Made by a program: the position numbers and the translations under genes
Notes under the pieces: model-generated
Database searches by the model: none
The model's input: the letters and a program-made list of their open reading frames with translations, nothing else
What the model was told of the DNA's origin: nothing
In this document: positions 39,756 to 48,749 of the stretch, in pieces
Numbering within the stretch: the first letter of the stretch is position 1
Layout: each line of letters opens with the position of its first letter
DNA from: Candidatus Phoenicimicrobium oleiphilum
Lineage (GTDB): Bacteria > Atribacterota > Phoenicimicrobiia > Phoenicimicrobiales > Phoenicimicrobiaceae
NCBI GenBank assembly: GCA_039638295.1
Contig: JBDIWJ010000005.1
Location: 416-64,415 of the forward strand
Direction: 5' to 3'
Length of the DNA stretch: 64,000 nt

Positions 39756-40631
39756 TTAATTGGTAAATTGGTGAATCGATGAATCGGCTAATTTTTTAAA
39801 GGCCCGTTTGAATAAGAGCCCGGAGATATATCGGCGATATTCTTCAGATGCTCGAATATCACTAATAGGTTTAACTTCTTCGCGCACTCTATCTATAGCC
39901 TCTTCAACCAATTTATCATTTATTTCTTTATTTTTTAAAAAACTCTCTGCACCAGTCAATCTTACGGGCGTAGGAGCTACAGAGCCAGCAGCAATCCGAA
40001 TTTGATTAATTTTATTTTGTCTAACTTCTAAATTTACTGCTACCGTTGCAATGGAAATAGCCATCGCTTTCCTCTGTCCTATTTTAATAAAATAGCCATT
40101 TTTATTTACATCACTTTGTTCAAATTCGATTCCCACAATCATTTCATCATCCTGCAAGATTGTTTCACCTGGGCCCACAAAAAAATCTTTTAGCTTAACT
40201 TCTCTCTTATCTCTAGTGCTCTCTATTTTTATAAGAGCATCAAGAGTTAAAAGTGGTATGGCTATATCAGCTGCAGGTGAAGCAGTTACTAAATTTCCAC
40301 CTATAGTGGCAGTGTTCCTTACCAGTGGGTCAGCAAATTCTTGGGCAGCTTGGGTTAATACCTTATACTCTTTTGATGTAATATCTGAATAAATCAATTC
40401 ATTAATAGTAGTGAGGGGACCTAAGAATATTTTATCTTCTTTTTGGTAAATACCCTTTAATTGTTCGATATTAGTAATATCTATTAAAACCTTAGCTTTT
40501 ATTTCTTTATCCCTTATATTGGGTAAAACATTGGAACAACCTGCAACTATACAAGCATTAGACTTCTCTTTTTGTAAAATTTCTAAAACTTCATCTTTTG
40601 TCTTAGGAGAAATATATTTAAATAGGCTCAT
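39756..40631 (-). CDS. FAD-binding (CO-dehydrogenase-flavoprotein-like) medium subunit of molybdenum hydroxylase 1
   Basis: FAD_binding_5 N-terminus (AGCSNVLP) plus CO_deh_flav_C, 291 aa. Confidence 0.8.
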   Translation of the reverse strand: MSLFKYISPKTKDEVLEILQKEKSNACIVAGCSNVLPNIRDKEIKAKVLIDITNIEQLKGIYQKEDKIFLGPLTTINELIYSDITSKEYKVLTQAAQEFADPLVRNTATIGGNLVTASPAADIAIPLLTLDALIKIESTRDKREVKLKDFFVGPGETILQDDEMIVGIEFEQSDVNKNGYFIKIGQRKAMAISIATVAVNLEVRQNKINQIRIAAGSVAPTPVRLTGAESFLKNKEINDKLVEEAIDRVREEVKPISDIRASEEYRRYISGLLFKRAFKKLADSSIHQFTN

Positions 40632-40726
40632 TTTCCCCTCCTTTTATTTGGTCAATCCTTTAATTGTTTTCTCATACTATTTAGTTGATCGGTTTCTTGT
40701 ATTAATTATATTAATTGGTAAATTGG

Positions 40727-41203
40727 CTAATCGCTTTTTTGTTCTGCTACGCAAGACTTAATCGCCTTTACTATTTGCACATATCCGGTACAACGACAAA
40801 GATTTCCTCTCATATAATCCCTGATCTCGTTTTCGGTAGCATTAGGATTTTCTTTTAATAATGCCGTGGCAGTTAATATCATTCCCGGCGTACAAAAACC
40901 ACATTGCACAGCTCCATTCTCTAAAAACGCTTTCTGCACGGGATGTAGTTCATCACCCTTTGCCAGTCCTTCAATAGTGGTAATTTCTTTACCATTAACA
41001 GTTACCGCTAAAGTAAGACAAGATAAAACTGGTTCACCATCCAACAAAACGGTACAGGCTCCACATTCCCCAATACCACAACCATATTTACTCCCGGTTA
41101 GATATAAATCATTTCTTATTATATTAATTAAAAGGTCATTTGGTTTTACAAAAATCCTTCTCTTTTTACCATTAACGATAAACTCTATCTCTATTTTTTT
41201 CAT
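40727..41203 (-). CDS. (2Fe-2S)-binding small subunit of molybdenum hydroxylase 2
   Basis: CGIGECGACTV and CGFCTPG motifs, 158 aa. Confidence 0.85.
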   Translation of the reverse strand: MKKIEIEFIVNGKKRRIFVKPNDLLINIIRNDLYLTGSKYGCGIGECGACTVLLDGEPVLSCLTLAVTVNGKEITTIEGLAKGDELHPVQKAFLENGAVQCGFCTPGMILTATALLKENPNATENEIRDYMRGNLCRCTGYVQIVKAIKSCVAEQKSD

Positions 41204-41206
41204 ACC

Positions 41207-42106
41207 TTACAACTCACCTCCAGCTCTACCCCAGGCAAGTTTAAGGGCGTCTTCTGTCATTACCCGAGCTAGCTCAGTTCTATACTCAGCAGTAGAGCGA
41301 ATATCATCGATAGGTTTAATCACCTCTGAGGCTTTCTTCGCAGTTTTGATAATGAGATCATTGTTTATTACTTGCCCTCTTAAGAGCTCTTCTGCCTTTT
41401 TAGCCCGAACAGCTTTAATAAAAACTGAACCGAGTACTATTCGGCAATCTTTGCAGATCTCTCCTTCTCTTTTCAGGCAGACAGCTAAATTTATCTTGGC
41501 AATATCAGCTTTTACTCGACCTTTTTTTAAAAAAGCACCACCTGAATTTTTAGATATTTCAGGGATAATCACCTGGGTAAGCAGCTCGTCTCTCTTGATA
41601 ATAGTTTTCCCTACTCCAGTTATAAAATCTTCTACCAGAACTGTGCGTTCCCCCCTCTTACTGACCAATTTTAATTTTGCCTCATAGGCAATTAAGGGCG
41701 GAATAGTATCACCGGCTGGAGATGCATTGCAAATATTACCAGGCATTGTAGCCATATTTCTTATAGCAATTGCTGCCATAGACTTAATGCTTTCATATAA
41801 GGCAGGGTATTTTTCTCTGACTTTTTCTATCTTTTCAATGTGGGATAAAGGAACAGCTGCTCCTATCCTTAATCCCGCATCTGTATCAATAAATTTAAGT
41901 TCAGGAATTTCTTTTATACTTATCAGATAATCAGCATCAAGACCAATAGTCTTCATCTTAACTAAAAGGTCAGTACCCCCGGCTAATATCCTGGTATTCT
42001 TATCTTGATATCTATAAAGCAAGTCCAGGGCTCCAGCTAAAGTTTTAGGAGCAAAATATTCAAATTCTTGGGTTAAAATCTTGGTATTGTTAGTCAACCT
42101 TATCAC
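41207..42106 (-). CDS. FAD-binding medium subunit of molybdenum hydroxylase 2
   Basis: FAD_binding_5/CO_deh_flav_C architecture, 299 aa. Confidence 0.8.
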   Translation of the reverse strand: MIRLTNNTKILTQEFEYFAPKTLAGALDLLYRYQDKNTRILAGGTDLLVKMKTIGLDADYLISIKEIPELKFIDTDAGLRIGAAVPLSHIEKIEKVREKYPALYESIKSMAAIAIRNMATMPGNICNASPAGDTIPPLIAYEAKLKLVSKRGERTVLVEDFITGVGKTIIKRDELLTQVIIPEISKNSGGAFLKKGRVKADIAKINLAVCLKREGEICKDCRIVLGSVFIKAVRAKKAEELLRGQVINNDLIIKTAKKASEVIKPIDDIRSTAEYRTELARVMTEDALKLAWGRAGGEL

Positions 42107-44492
42107 CTACCCTTCTCCGACTTTCTTTTTCTTCTTCTTCCTTTCTTTTAAGAGCTTTCAGAACTTTTTCTGGAGTAATAGGCAGGTCATAAAATCTTAT
42201 CCCTATGGCATTATAAATCGCGTTAGCTACGGCAGAGCCTACAGAACTCAAAGCTGCTTCTCCTATCCCCTTTGCTCCAAATGGACCGGTAGGTTCATAA
42301 GTATGAGCAGAACGTACAATAATATTGTCTACTTTGGGCATCTCTACAGTAGTCGGAATCTTATAATCAGTTATCAACCCGTTACATTCTAATCCACCAC
42401 TATTTAAATCATATTTGGTCTCTTCTAAAAGACTGAATCCCAGTCCCCTACTAAAAGCACCAATTATTTGCCCTTCCCATAAATCAGGGTTGATGATAGT
42501 TCCTGAATCACCCATAATTACTGCTCTGGGGACTTTAACTTCTCCTGTTTTCGTATTTACTTCCACCTCCACAAAGTGGGTGATAAAACAGGGAGGACAA
42601 TTTTTCTGTCTTAGGGTAGATGTATAAGCGATAGCCCCCCAACTGGTAATATGGGCATGTTCTGCTATTTCTCCCAAGGTCATATAATTCTCGGGAATTT
42701 CTCGAGGGTAAATTACTGCCTGACCAAGCTTTTTATTACAGGCTAATTTTAAATTTTCCGGTAAATCTTTGAAAAGAGTCGCAGCGTAATTTAAAAGCAT
42801 CTCTTTGACTTTTTCAGCCACAAATTTTACAGCTCCACATCCGCAATATACCCCGCGAGTGGCATGAGTATTGACGTCAAAGACTGTGGTACGAGTATCT
42901 ACCTCATTATAAATACCAACTTTCTCATACGGTACCTTTAAAACTTCAGCCACCACTTTAGCTACGGCATCCCAGGTACCTCCCCCATGATCCATTAAGG
43001 CAGTCAATACATCTACTGAACCATCTTCATTAATTTTAATGGTTGCCCCTGAATAATCAATTACCTCACCAGGATTAGGACCACCAGTACCGGAAGTATG
43101 AAACCCTCTGGCTACGCCGATACCTCTCCTTAACTCTCCCTTCTTTTTAGAAGGGGGAGTTCTCTTCTCCCATTCAGCAAGTTTTGCTCCTTCAATCAAC
43201 ATCTCTTCCACTCCGCAACTCCTGATAATGGATCTTACTGTCGGACCCTGACCCCAAAATTCATCCCCTTTTCCTACATAATTTTTAAGACGAAGTTCAA
43301 TGGGATCTATATCCAATTTTTCAGCCAAAATATCCATTAAACTCTCTACTGCAAAATTTATCTGAGGATTTCCATATCCTTGCATTGCACAAGTAGGTAC
43401 TTTATTGGTATAGACAGCAGTTCCTTCATATTTTATGTTTTTCCACTTATAGAGAGAGGCGAACCATCCAGCCACACAACCTAAATAAGGATAAGCTTGA
43501 ATATTATGACCACCAATCTCCACCCAGACCCGACAGTGGGCAGCAGTTAATGTCCCATCTTTCTTAGCGCCGATTTTCAATATAGTTTTTAGAGGATATT
43601 TGGAATGATCGTAAATATCATCCTCTCTGGTAGATACCAATTTTACCGGTCTTTTTGCTTTTAAAGCTAAAGCAACACATATTGGAGTAATAGAATTCAT
43701 CTGGATACTTGAGCCAAAAGAACCGCCCAAAGTAATTCTCTTAACATTCACTTTATTTAAAGGAATATTAAAAATGTTTCCCAGGAGAATACGGACATTA
43801 TGAATCCCTTGAGAAGTTGTCCAGACGGTTATTCCTCCATCTGCTTCAGGGACACATACTGCAGACTTTGTCTCTAATTGCATATGATAAATTCTTTGAG
43901 TGTTAAAGGTTCTCTCTACAACTACCTCTGCCTCTTTAAAACCTTTATCAATATCGCCAACATCGATATTCCTCTCACAAGCTATATTATTCTTAATATC
44001 TACTTTTTCTTCACCTAAGTACACACAATCATATATGGAAGGTGCATCATCTTTTATAGCCTCATCAAGATCTATTAGTGGCTTCCATTTTTTACCCCAT
44101 TCTATTTTTATCTTTTTGAGGGCTGCAAATGCCTCTTCCTCTGTTTCAGCAGCACAGGCAGCAATAGCCTCTCCTATATGACGAACTTTATCTTTGGGTA
44201 AGACTGTTCTATCTCGATAGGTCTTTTCTGGTATGCTAACTATCCGCTCATTATATAAATAATCAGGGACATCATCAGGACCGATGCATATTGCCCCCAT
44301 CTTTTCTGCTTCTGTATAATCAATCTTTTTAATCTCGGCATGAGGGTAAGGGCTACACAGAACTACTGCGTATAGCTGACCAGGAATATTTATATCGGAA
44401 GAATACAACTCTTTGCCGGTTACTTTACCAATATTCTTTATGTCGAACTGTTTTCCAATAAATTCATATTGCTGTTTTTCCAATAAGATCAC
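42090..44492 (-). CDS. Xanthine dehydrogenase-family molybdopterin-binding large subunit (enzyme 2)
   Basis: 800 aa, aldehyde oxidase/xanthine DH Mo-binding domains, overlaps medium subunit gene. Confidence 0.85.
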   Translation of the reverse strand: MILLEKQQYEFIGKQFDIKNIGKVTGKELYSSDINIPGQLYAVVLCSPYPHAEIKKIDYTEAEKMGAICIGPDDVPDYLYNERIVSIPEKTYRDRTVLPKDKVRHIGEAIAACAAETEEEAFAALKKIKIEWGKKWKPLIDLDEAIKDDAPSIYDCVYLGEEKVDIKNNIACERNIDVGDIDKGFKEAEVVVERTFNTQRIYHMQLETKSAVCVPEADGGITVWTTSQGIHNVRILLGNIFNIPLNKVNVKRITLGGSFGSSIQMNSITPICVALALKAKRPVKLVSTREDDIYDHSKYPLKTILKIGAKKDGTLTAAHCRVWVEIGGHNIQAYPYLGCVAGWFASLYKWKNIKYEGTAVYTNKVPTCAMQGYGNPQINFAVESLMDILAEKLDIDPIELRLKNYVGKGDEFWGQGPTVRSIIRSCGVEEMLIEGAKLAEWEKRTPPSKKKGELRRGIGVARGFHTSGTGGPNPGEVIDYSGATIKINEDGSVDVLTALMDHGGGTWDAVAKVVAEVLKVPYEKVGIYNEVDTRTTVFDVNTHATRGVYCGCGAVKFVAEKVKEMLLNYAATLFKDLPENLKLACNKKLGQAVIYPREIPENYMTLGEIAEHAHITSWGAIAYTSTLRQKNCPPCFITHFVEVEVNTKTGEVKVPRAVIMGDSGTIINPDLWEGQIIGAFSRGLGFSLLEETKYDLNSGGLECNGLITDYKIPTTVEMPKVDNIIVRSAHTYEPTGPFGAKGIGEAALSSVGSAVANAIYNAIGIRFYDLPITPEKVLKALKRKEEEEKESRRRVGDKVD

Positions 44493-44544
44493 CTTCTTTT
44501 TATAGGAATAGACAATCTTTTGGGTATTAATTTAATTCGCTATC

Positions 44545-45225
44545 TTATAAAATCATCCGGGCATCAATTACCTGTAAACCCCTTTCAAAAACAAATATGG
44601 GATTTAGGTCTATTTCCTTAATTTCAGGATTTTCCATAGCAAGCTTAGAAACTTTCATTAAAACTTCTTCTATGGCCTTAATATCTCGGGGAGGTTCACC
44701 CCTTATCCCTTTTAGAATTTCATATCCTTTAATCTCGCTAATCATCTCCTGAGCATCTCTTTTTTTTAAAGGAATAATACGGAAGGAAACATCTTTTAGT
44801 ACCTCTACATATATCCCTCCCATACCAAACATTGCCACGGGGCCAAAATGAGGGTCTTTGATCATCCCTACAATAACTTCTACTTCCTTAGGGATTACCG
44901 GGTATGCTATCACCCCTTCAATCCTGGCTACTTTATTATAATTTTTAATATTGCGGATAATCTCTTTATAAGCAAATTTAGCTTCCTCCTCATCTTTTAA
45001 CCCTATCTTTACTCCTCCGGCATCTGATTTGTGGATAATGTCAGGAGAAACAATCTTCATGGCAATAGGAAAATTTATTTCTCTAGCCAATCCGGAAATT
45101 CCTTCTTCACTCTTTATCAATCTAAAATCTGGAACCGGGATATCATATTCCCTCAACAATTCCTTTGCCTCTGTCTCCAATAAAGACCTATCCTCTTTTT
45201 TAGCTCTTTGGATAATTCGATTCAC
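44545..45225 (-). CDS. Acetyl-CoA synthetase (ADP-forming) beta-subunit-type ATP-grasp domain protein
   Basis: 226 aa ATP-grasp_5-like (EAKELLREYDIPVP ... GGVKIGL). Confidence 0.7.
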   Translation of the reverse strand: MNRIIQRAKKEDRSLLETEAKELLREYDIPVPDFRLIKSEEGISGLAREINFPIAMKIVSPDIIHKSDAGGVKIGLKDEEEAKFAYKEIIRNIKNYNKVARIEGVIAYPVIPKEVEVIVGMIKDPHFGPVAMFGMGGIYVEVLKDVSFRIIPLKKRDAQEMISEIKGYEILKGIRGEPPRDIKAIEEVLMKVSKLAMENPEIKEIDLNPIFVFERGLQVIDARMIL

Positions 45226-45254
45226 CTACTACCTCTTTCTTTAAAACTATCAGT

Positions 45255-45995
45255 TTATATACCTAAATAATGTTTCTTTATATGTTCACTATTTAAAAGT
45301 TCCTTACTCCTCCCCTGCATAACAATTTTGCCATTTTCTAAGACATAAGCCCTTTCTGCAAATTTTAAAGCATAAATTATATTTTGCTCTATCAATAACA
45401 TAGTAAGACCCTTTTTCTTTAAAATAGATAGCTTTTGATAAATATTATCTACTAATTTCGGAGCTAACCCTTGAGAAGGCTCATCAAGCATTAAAAATCT
45501 TGGCTGACTTGCTAAACTCCTACCAATAGAGAGCATCTGCCTTTCACCACCACTTAATGTCTTTGCCAACTGCTTTTCTCTCTCTTTAAGTATAGGAAAA
45601 ATTTCATAGATCTCTTCCAAAATTTTCAGGTTTATTTTTTTTCTATTTCTATATGTTCCCATAAGAAGATTCTCATAAACAGTCATATTAGAGAAAAGTT
45701 TCCCACCTTCTGGTACATGGGCAATTCCAGCTTGAGAAATTAGGTGAGGTGGAAATTTGGTAATGTCTTGTCCTTCAAAAATAATTTCTCCAGCAAAAGG
45801 AGAAATTATTTTAGAAATTGTCTTTAAAAGCGTAGTCTTCCCTGCTCCATTTGAGCCAATAACAGCTACAACCTCATCTTCTTCTATTTGGAAATTAATA
45901 TCTCTTAAAATAGTGACTCTTCCATAACCTGAACTTAAATCTCTAACTTGCAGAACTTGACTCACTATAACCTCTCCTTCCAAGGTAAGCTTCAA
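45255..45995 (-). CDS. livF: Branched-chain amino-acid ABC transporter ATP-binding protein LivF
   Basis: GSNGAGKTTLL, VPEGGKLF, LSGGERQML. Confidence 0.85.
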   Translation of the reverse strand: MKLTLEGEVIVSQVLQVRDLSSGYGRVTILRDINFQIEEDEVVAVIGSNGAGKTTLLKTISKIISPFAGEIIFEGQDITKFPPHLISQAGIAHVPEGGKLFSNMTVYENLLMGTYRNRKKINLKILEEIYEIFPILKEREKQLAKTLSGGERQMLSIGRSLASQPRFLMLDEPSQGLAPKLVDNIYQKLSILKKKGLTMLLIEQNIIYALKFAERAYVLENGKIVMQGRSKELLNSEHIKKHYLGI

Positions 45996-46692
45996 TAACT
46001 CGCTGATTATTACTTATTTCGCTCGGAACACCTTTAGCGATAAGTTCCCCAGCATCCAAGACAAATATTCGCTCACAAAGTCCCATAACCATTTGCATTA
46101 CATGTTCAACTACACATATTGTAATTTTAGTTTCTTGGTTAAGTCTTTTGATTTCTGACATAAGTCGAAATAGTTCAGTAGAAGTAAGTCCAGCTCCCAC
46201 CTCATCAAGAAGTAAAAGATCAGGTTCGGTGGCAGTTGCTCTGGCTACTTCCACTTTACGTAAAGATGCTAACCCCAAATCACTGCATTTATAATTTCTG
46301 ATATCCTCCAGTTCGAAAAATTTAATCACCCAATCTACTTTTTCTTGCACTTCTTTTTCCTTTTTTCTATTATAAGCCCCTACTCTTATAACCTCTTCAA
46401 CAGACATTTCGGTAAAAGAACGTGCAACTTGAAAGGTACGTGACATTCCCAATTGGCAAATTTTATGTGGGGGTATAGCAGTAATATCAGTACCTTTAAA
46501 AACAACTTGGCCTTCGTCAGGAATTTCCAATCCGGTTATCAAATTAAAAAAAGTAGTCTTTCCAGCACCGTTTGGCCCAATAAGGCCAACAACCTCTTCT
46601 TTATAAATCTCCAAATTGACATGATTAACTGCAATGAGGTTGCCAAAGCTTTTGGTAAGCTTGGAGGTTTTAAGAATCTGCTCATTAGACAT
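45943..46692 (-). CDS. livG: Branched-chain amino-acid ABC transporter ATP-binding protein LivG
   Basis: GPNGAGKTTFFN, RTFQVARSF. Confidence 0.85.
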   Translation of the reverse strand: MSNEQILKTSKLTKSFGNLIAVNHVNLEIYKEEVVGLIGPNGAGKTTFFNLITGLEIPDEGQVVFKGTDITAIPPHKICQLGMSRTFQVARSFTEMSVEEVIRVGAYNRKKEKEVQEKVDWVIKFFELEDIRNYKCSDLGLASLRKVEVARATATEPDLLLLDEVGAGLTSTELFRLMSEIKRLNQETKITICVVEHVMQMVMGLCERIFVLDAGELIAKGVPSEISNNQRVIEAYLGRRGYSESSSAS

Positions 46693-47722
46693 CTTCCTTC
46701 TTCACCTCCCGACGTATAAGCTTTTGATAAATACCCTGAAAAATAGTAGCAATCCCCTTAGGTCTAAAAAGAACAACTAATATTAAAATAACTGAATATA
46801 TTACTAAATATAAACCTGATACTTCTCCGCCAATACTCGCTCTTAAAAATTCTTGGATGCCCACTAACAGCAGAGCAGCCAAAAGGGGACCATAAGCAAT
46901 ACCTCTGCCTCCCACAATTCCCAATATTGCTACTTTAATGCTTTCTTGACCATTAAAAAAACTGGGATGGACATAACCATACATATTGGCATAAATTCCC
47001 CCAGCTACACCAATTAAAAAAGAATAGTATACCAATGCTCTCAATTTACAAACCCGAGTATTAACTCCCAGTGCTTCTGCTGCAATCTCATCCTCCCCCA
47101 AAGCCTTTAAGTAATAGCCAAGCTTTGTCTTAGTAATTCGGTAGTTTACCAACAATACTATTAATAAAAGACCTAATATAAGATAATAATAAGGAATATA
47201 AGAACCAAAACGCATATGATAAAGTGAACCACGATAGTAAGGTAAATATCTTTCTACTGGGCCACCTACTTCTTCCCACATAGTAAAAACTACCTTTAGT
47301 ATCTCAACGAGGGCACAGGTAGTTAAAGCATACCATACTTCCCGTATTCGGAAGCGAAACAAAGGAATACCAATTAATAGGGCAAATCCAACTGCCACTA
47401 AACCCCCTATAACCATTCCAATCCAGGGAGAAAAATTATAACGAATAAACAAGGTACCGGAGGTAAAAGCCCCTAATCCCAGATAAGCAAATGAAGCTAG
47501 ATCAAGTTGCCCAGCTAGACCACCAATAATATTCCAAGAAGTAGCCATTACCCCATATAGTAATACAGTGGTAACTAAAAGTACATTGTATTGATTTGAA
47601 CCAATTATCAAAGGTATAATTAAAGCGAAAATCAATAACAATAGTAATAAAAATTTTTCGATAATACGGTCTTTTTTATGTTTCATTACTTCCTCCCAAA
47701 AATACCTCGAGGTCGTAACCAA
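46685..47722 (-). CDS. livM: Branched-chain amino-acid ABC transporter permease LivM
   Basis: 345 aa polytopic permease in liv operon context. Confidence 0.8.
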   Translation of the reverse strand: MVTTSRYFWEEVMKHKKDRIIEKFLLLLLLIFALIIPLIIGSNQYNVLLVTTVLLYGVMATSWNIIGGLAGQLDLASFAYLGLGAFTSGTLFIRYNFSPWIGMVIGGLVAVGFALLIGIPLFRFRIREVWYALTTCALVEILKVVFTMWEEVGGPVERYLPYYRGSLYHMRFGSYIPYYYLILGLLLIVLLVNYRITKTKLGYYLKALGEDEIAAEALGVNTRVCKLRALVYYSFLIGVAGGIYANMYGYVHPSFFNGQESIKVAILGIVGGRGIAYGPLLAALLLVGIQEFLRASIGGEVSGLYLVIYSVILILVVLFRPKGIATIFQGIYQKLIRREVKKEDV

Positions 47723-48546
47723 AGAACCAAAATAAAGATAAGATATATTACTAGTGATCTGGCTCTAGGATCCCAAAAGGTCATAGCCAGTGATTCGCCC
47801 ACCCCTACAATCAAACCAGAGATTAATAACCCTGGGATCGAACCTAATCCTGCAAGAGCAAGAATACACCAGCTAAGTAATCCAAAACGCAGCCCCATAG
47901 TAGGATCTACTTGTTGAAAAGTCATTAATAAACTTCCAGCTATAGCGGTTAAGCTTGAACCTAATCCAAAGGCAAGAGCATAAGTCTTTTGGAAATCAAC
48001 CCCCATAAGGGAAGCTGCATCAAGATCATCAGAAGTTGCCCTAATTGTACGTCCTGGCCAAGTCTTACTTAAGAAAAAAGATATACCTGCAATTATAATT
48101 AGACTTATTGTTGCTGAGGTTAATCGGGAAAGAGCGATGACATACCCTCCAAGATGAATATTGCCTTGAATAAAAGAATAAGGAAGAGCTCGTGGTTGGG
48201 CATGCCACACCAATTGAGTAATAGCACGTAAAAAGGTCATTAATCCCACTGTTACAGCTATTTGTATAGTATAGTGTTCTCGGAGTGTCCGATTAATCAA
48301 TCCATAATAAACAATTATACCAAATGAAAATAATAGAGGAAAGGTAATCAAAGGTGTTAGAGCAGCGTCAACTCCCCATATTGAGCCAGCCCAAAAAGTA
48401 AAATACATAGAAAGCATCACAAAATCCCCATGCGCAAAATTAACTACATTCATTACTCCAAATATAAGCGATAATCCTAAAGCAATTAGGGCATATGTAC
48501 AACCCATTAATGCTCCATTAAAAACACCTTGAATAATTGTTTCCAT
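47686..48546 (-). CDS. livH: Branched-chain amino-acid ABC transporter permease LivH
   Basis: 286 aa polytopic permease in liv operon context. Confidence 0.8.
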   Translation of the reverse strand: METIIQGVFNGALMGCTYALIALGLSLIFGVMNVVNFAHGDFVMLSMYFTFWAGSIWGVDAALTPLITFPLLFSFGIIVYYGLINRTLREHYTIQIAVTVGLMTFLRAITQLVWHAQPRALPYSFIQGNIHLGGYVIALSRLTSATISLIIIAGISFFLSKTWPGRTIRATSDDLDAASLMGVDFQKTYALAFGLGSSLTAIAGSLLMTFQQVDPTMGLRFGLLSWCILALAGLGSIPGLLISGLIVGVGESLAMTFWDPRARSLVIYLIFILVLWLRPRGIFGRK

Positions 48547-48749
48547 TTTTTATCCTTAATTCCTTCCTTCAGTCTTACACATATTCGCAATTCAATATAA
48601 ACTTTTGCCTGGCAAAAAATCAAAAAAATTCAAGCTTCGCCAGACAAAAGTTTATAAAGTTCGTTCAATAGTCGACAGTAAATACTGCTTTAATAATTTT
48701 ACACCCTACTGAAAGTATTGTTCAAAACTCAAGTTGTTAATAAATAAAA

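Noticed and set aside
40866-41687. 273-aa plus-strand ORF (and other plus-strand ORFs such as 10573-11034, 1972-2187, 56416-56751, 42081-42392)
   Set aside because: All lie antisense inside well-supported minus-strand genes, are low-complexity (Ser/Leu/Phe/Ile-rich) as expected from reverse-frame translation of AT-rich coding DNA, and have no recognisable domains
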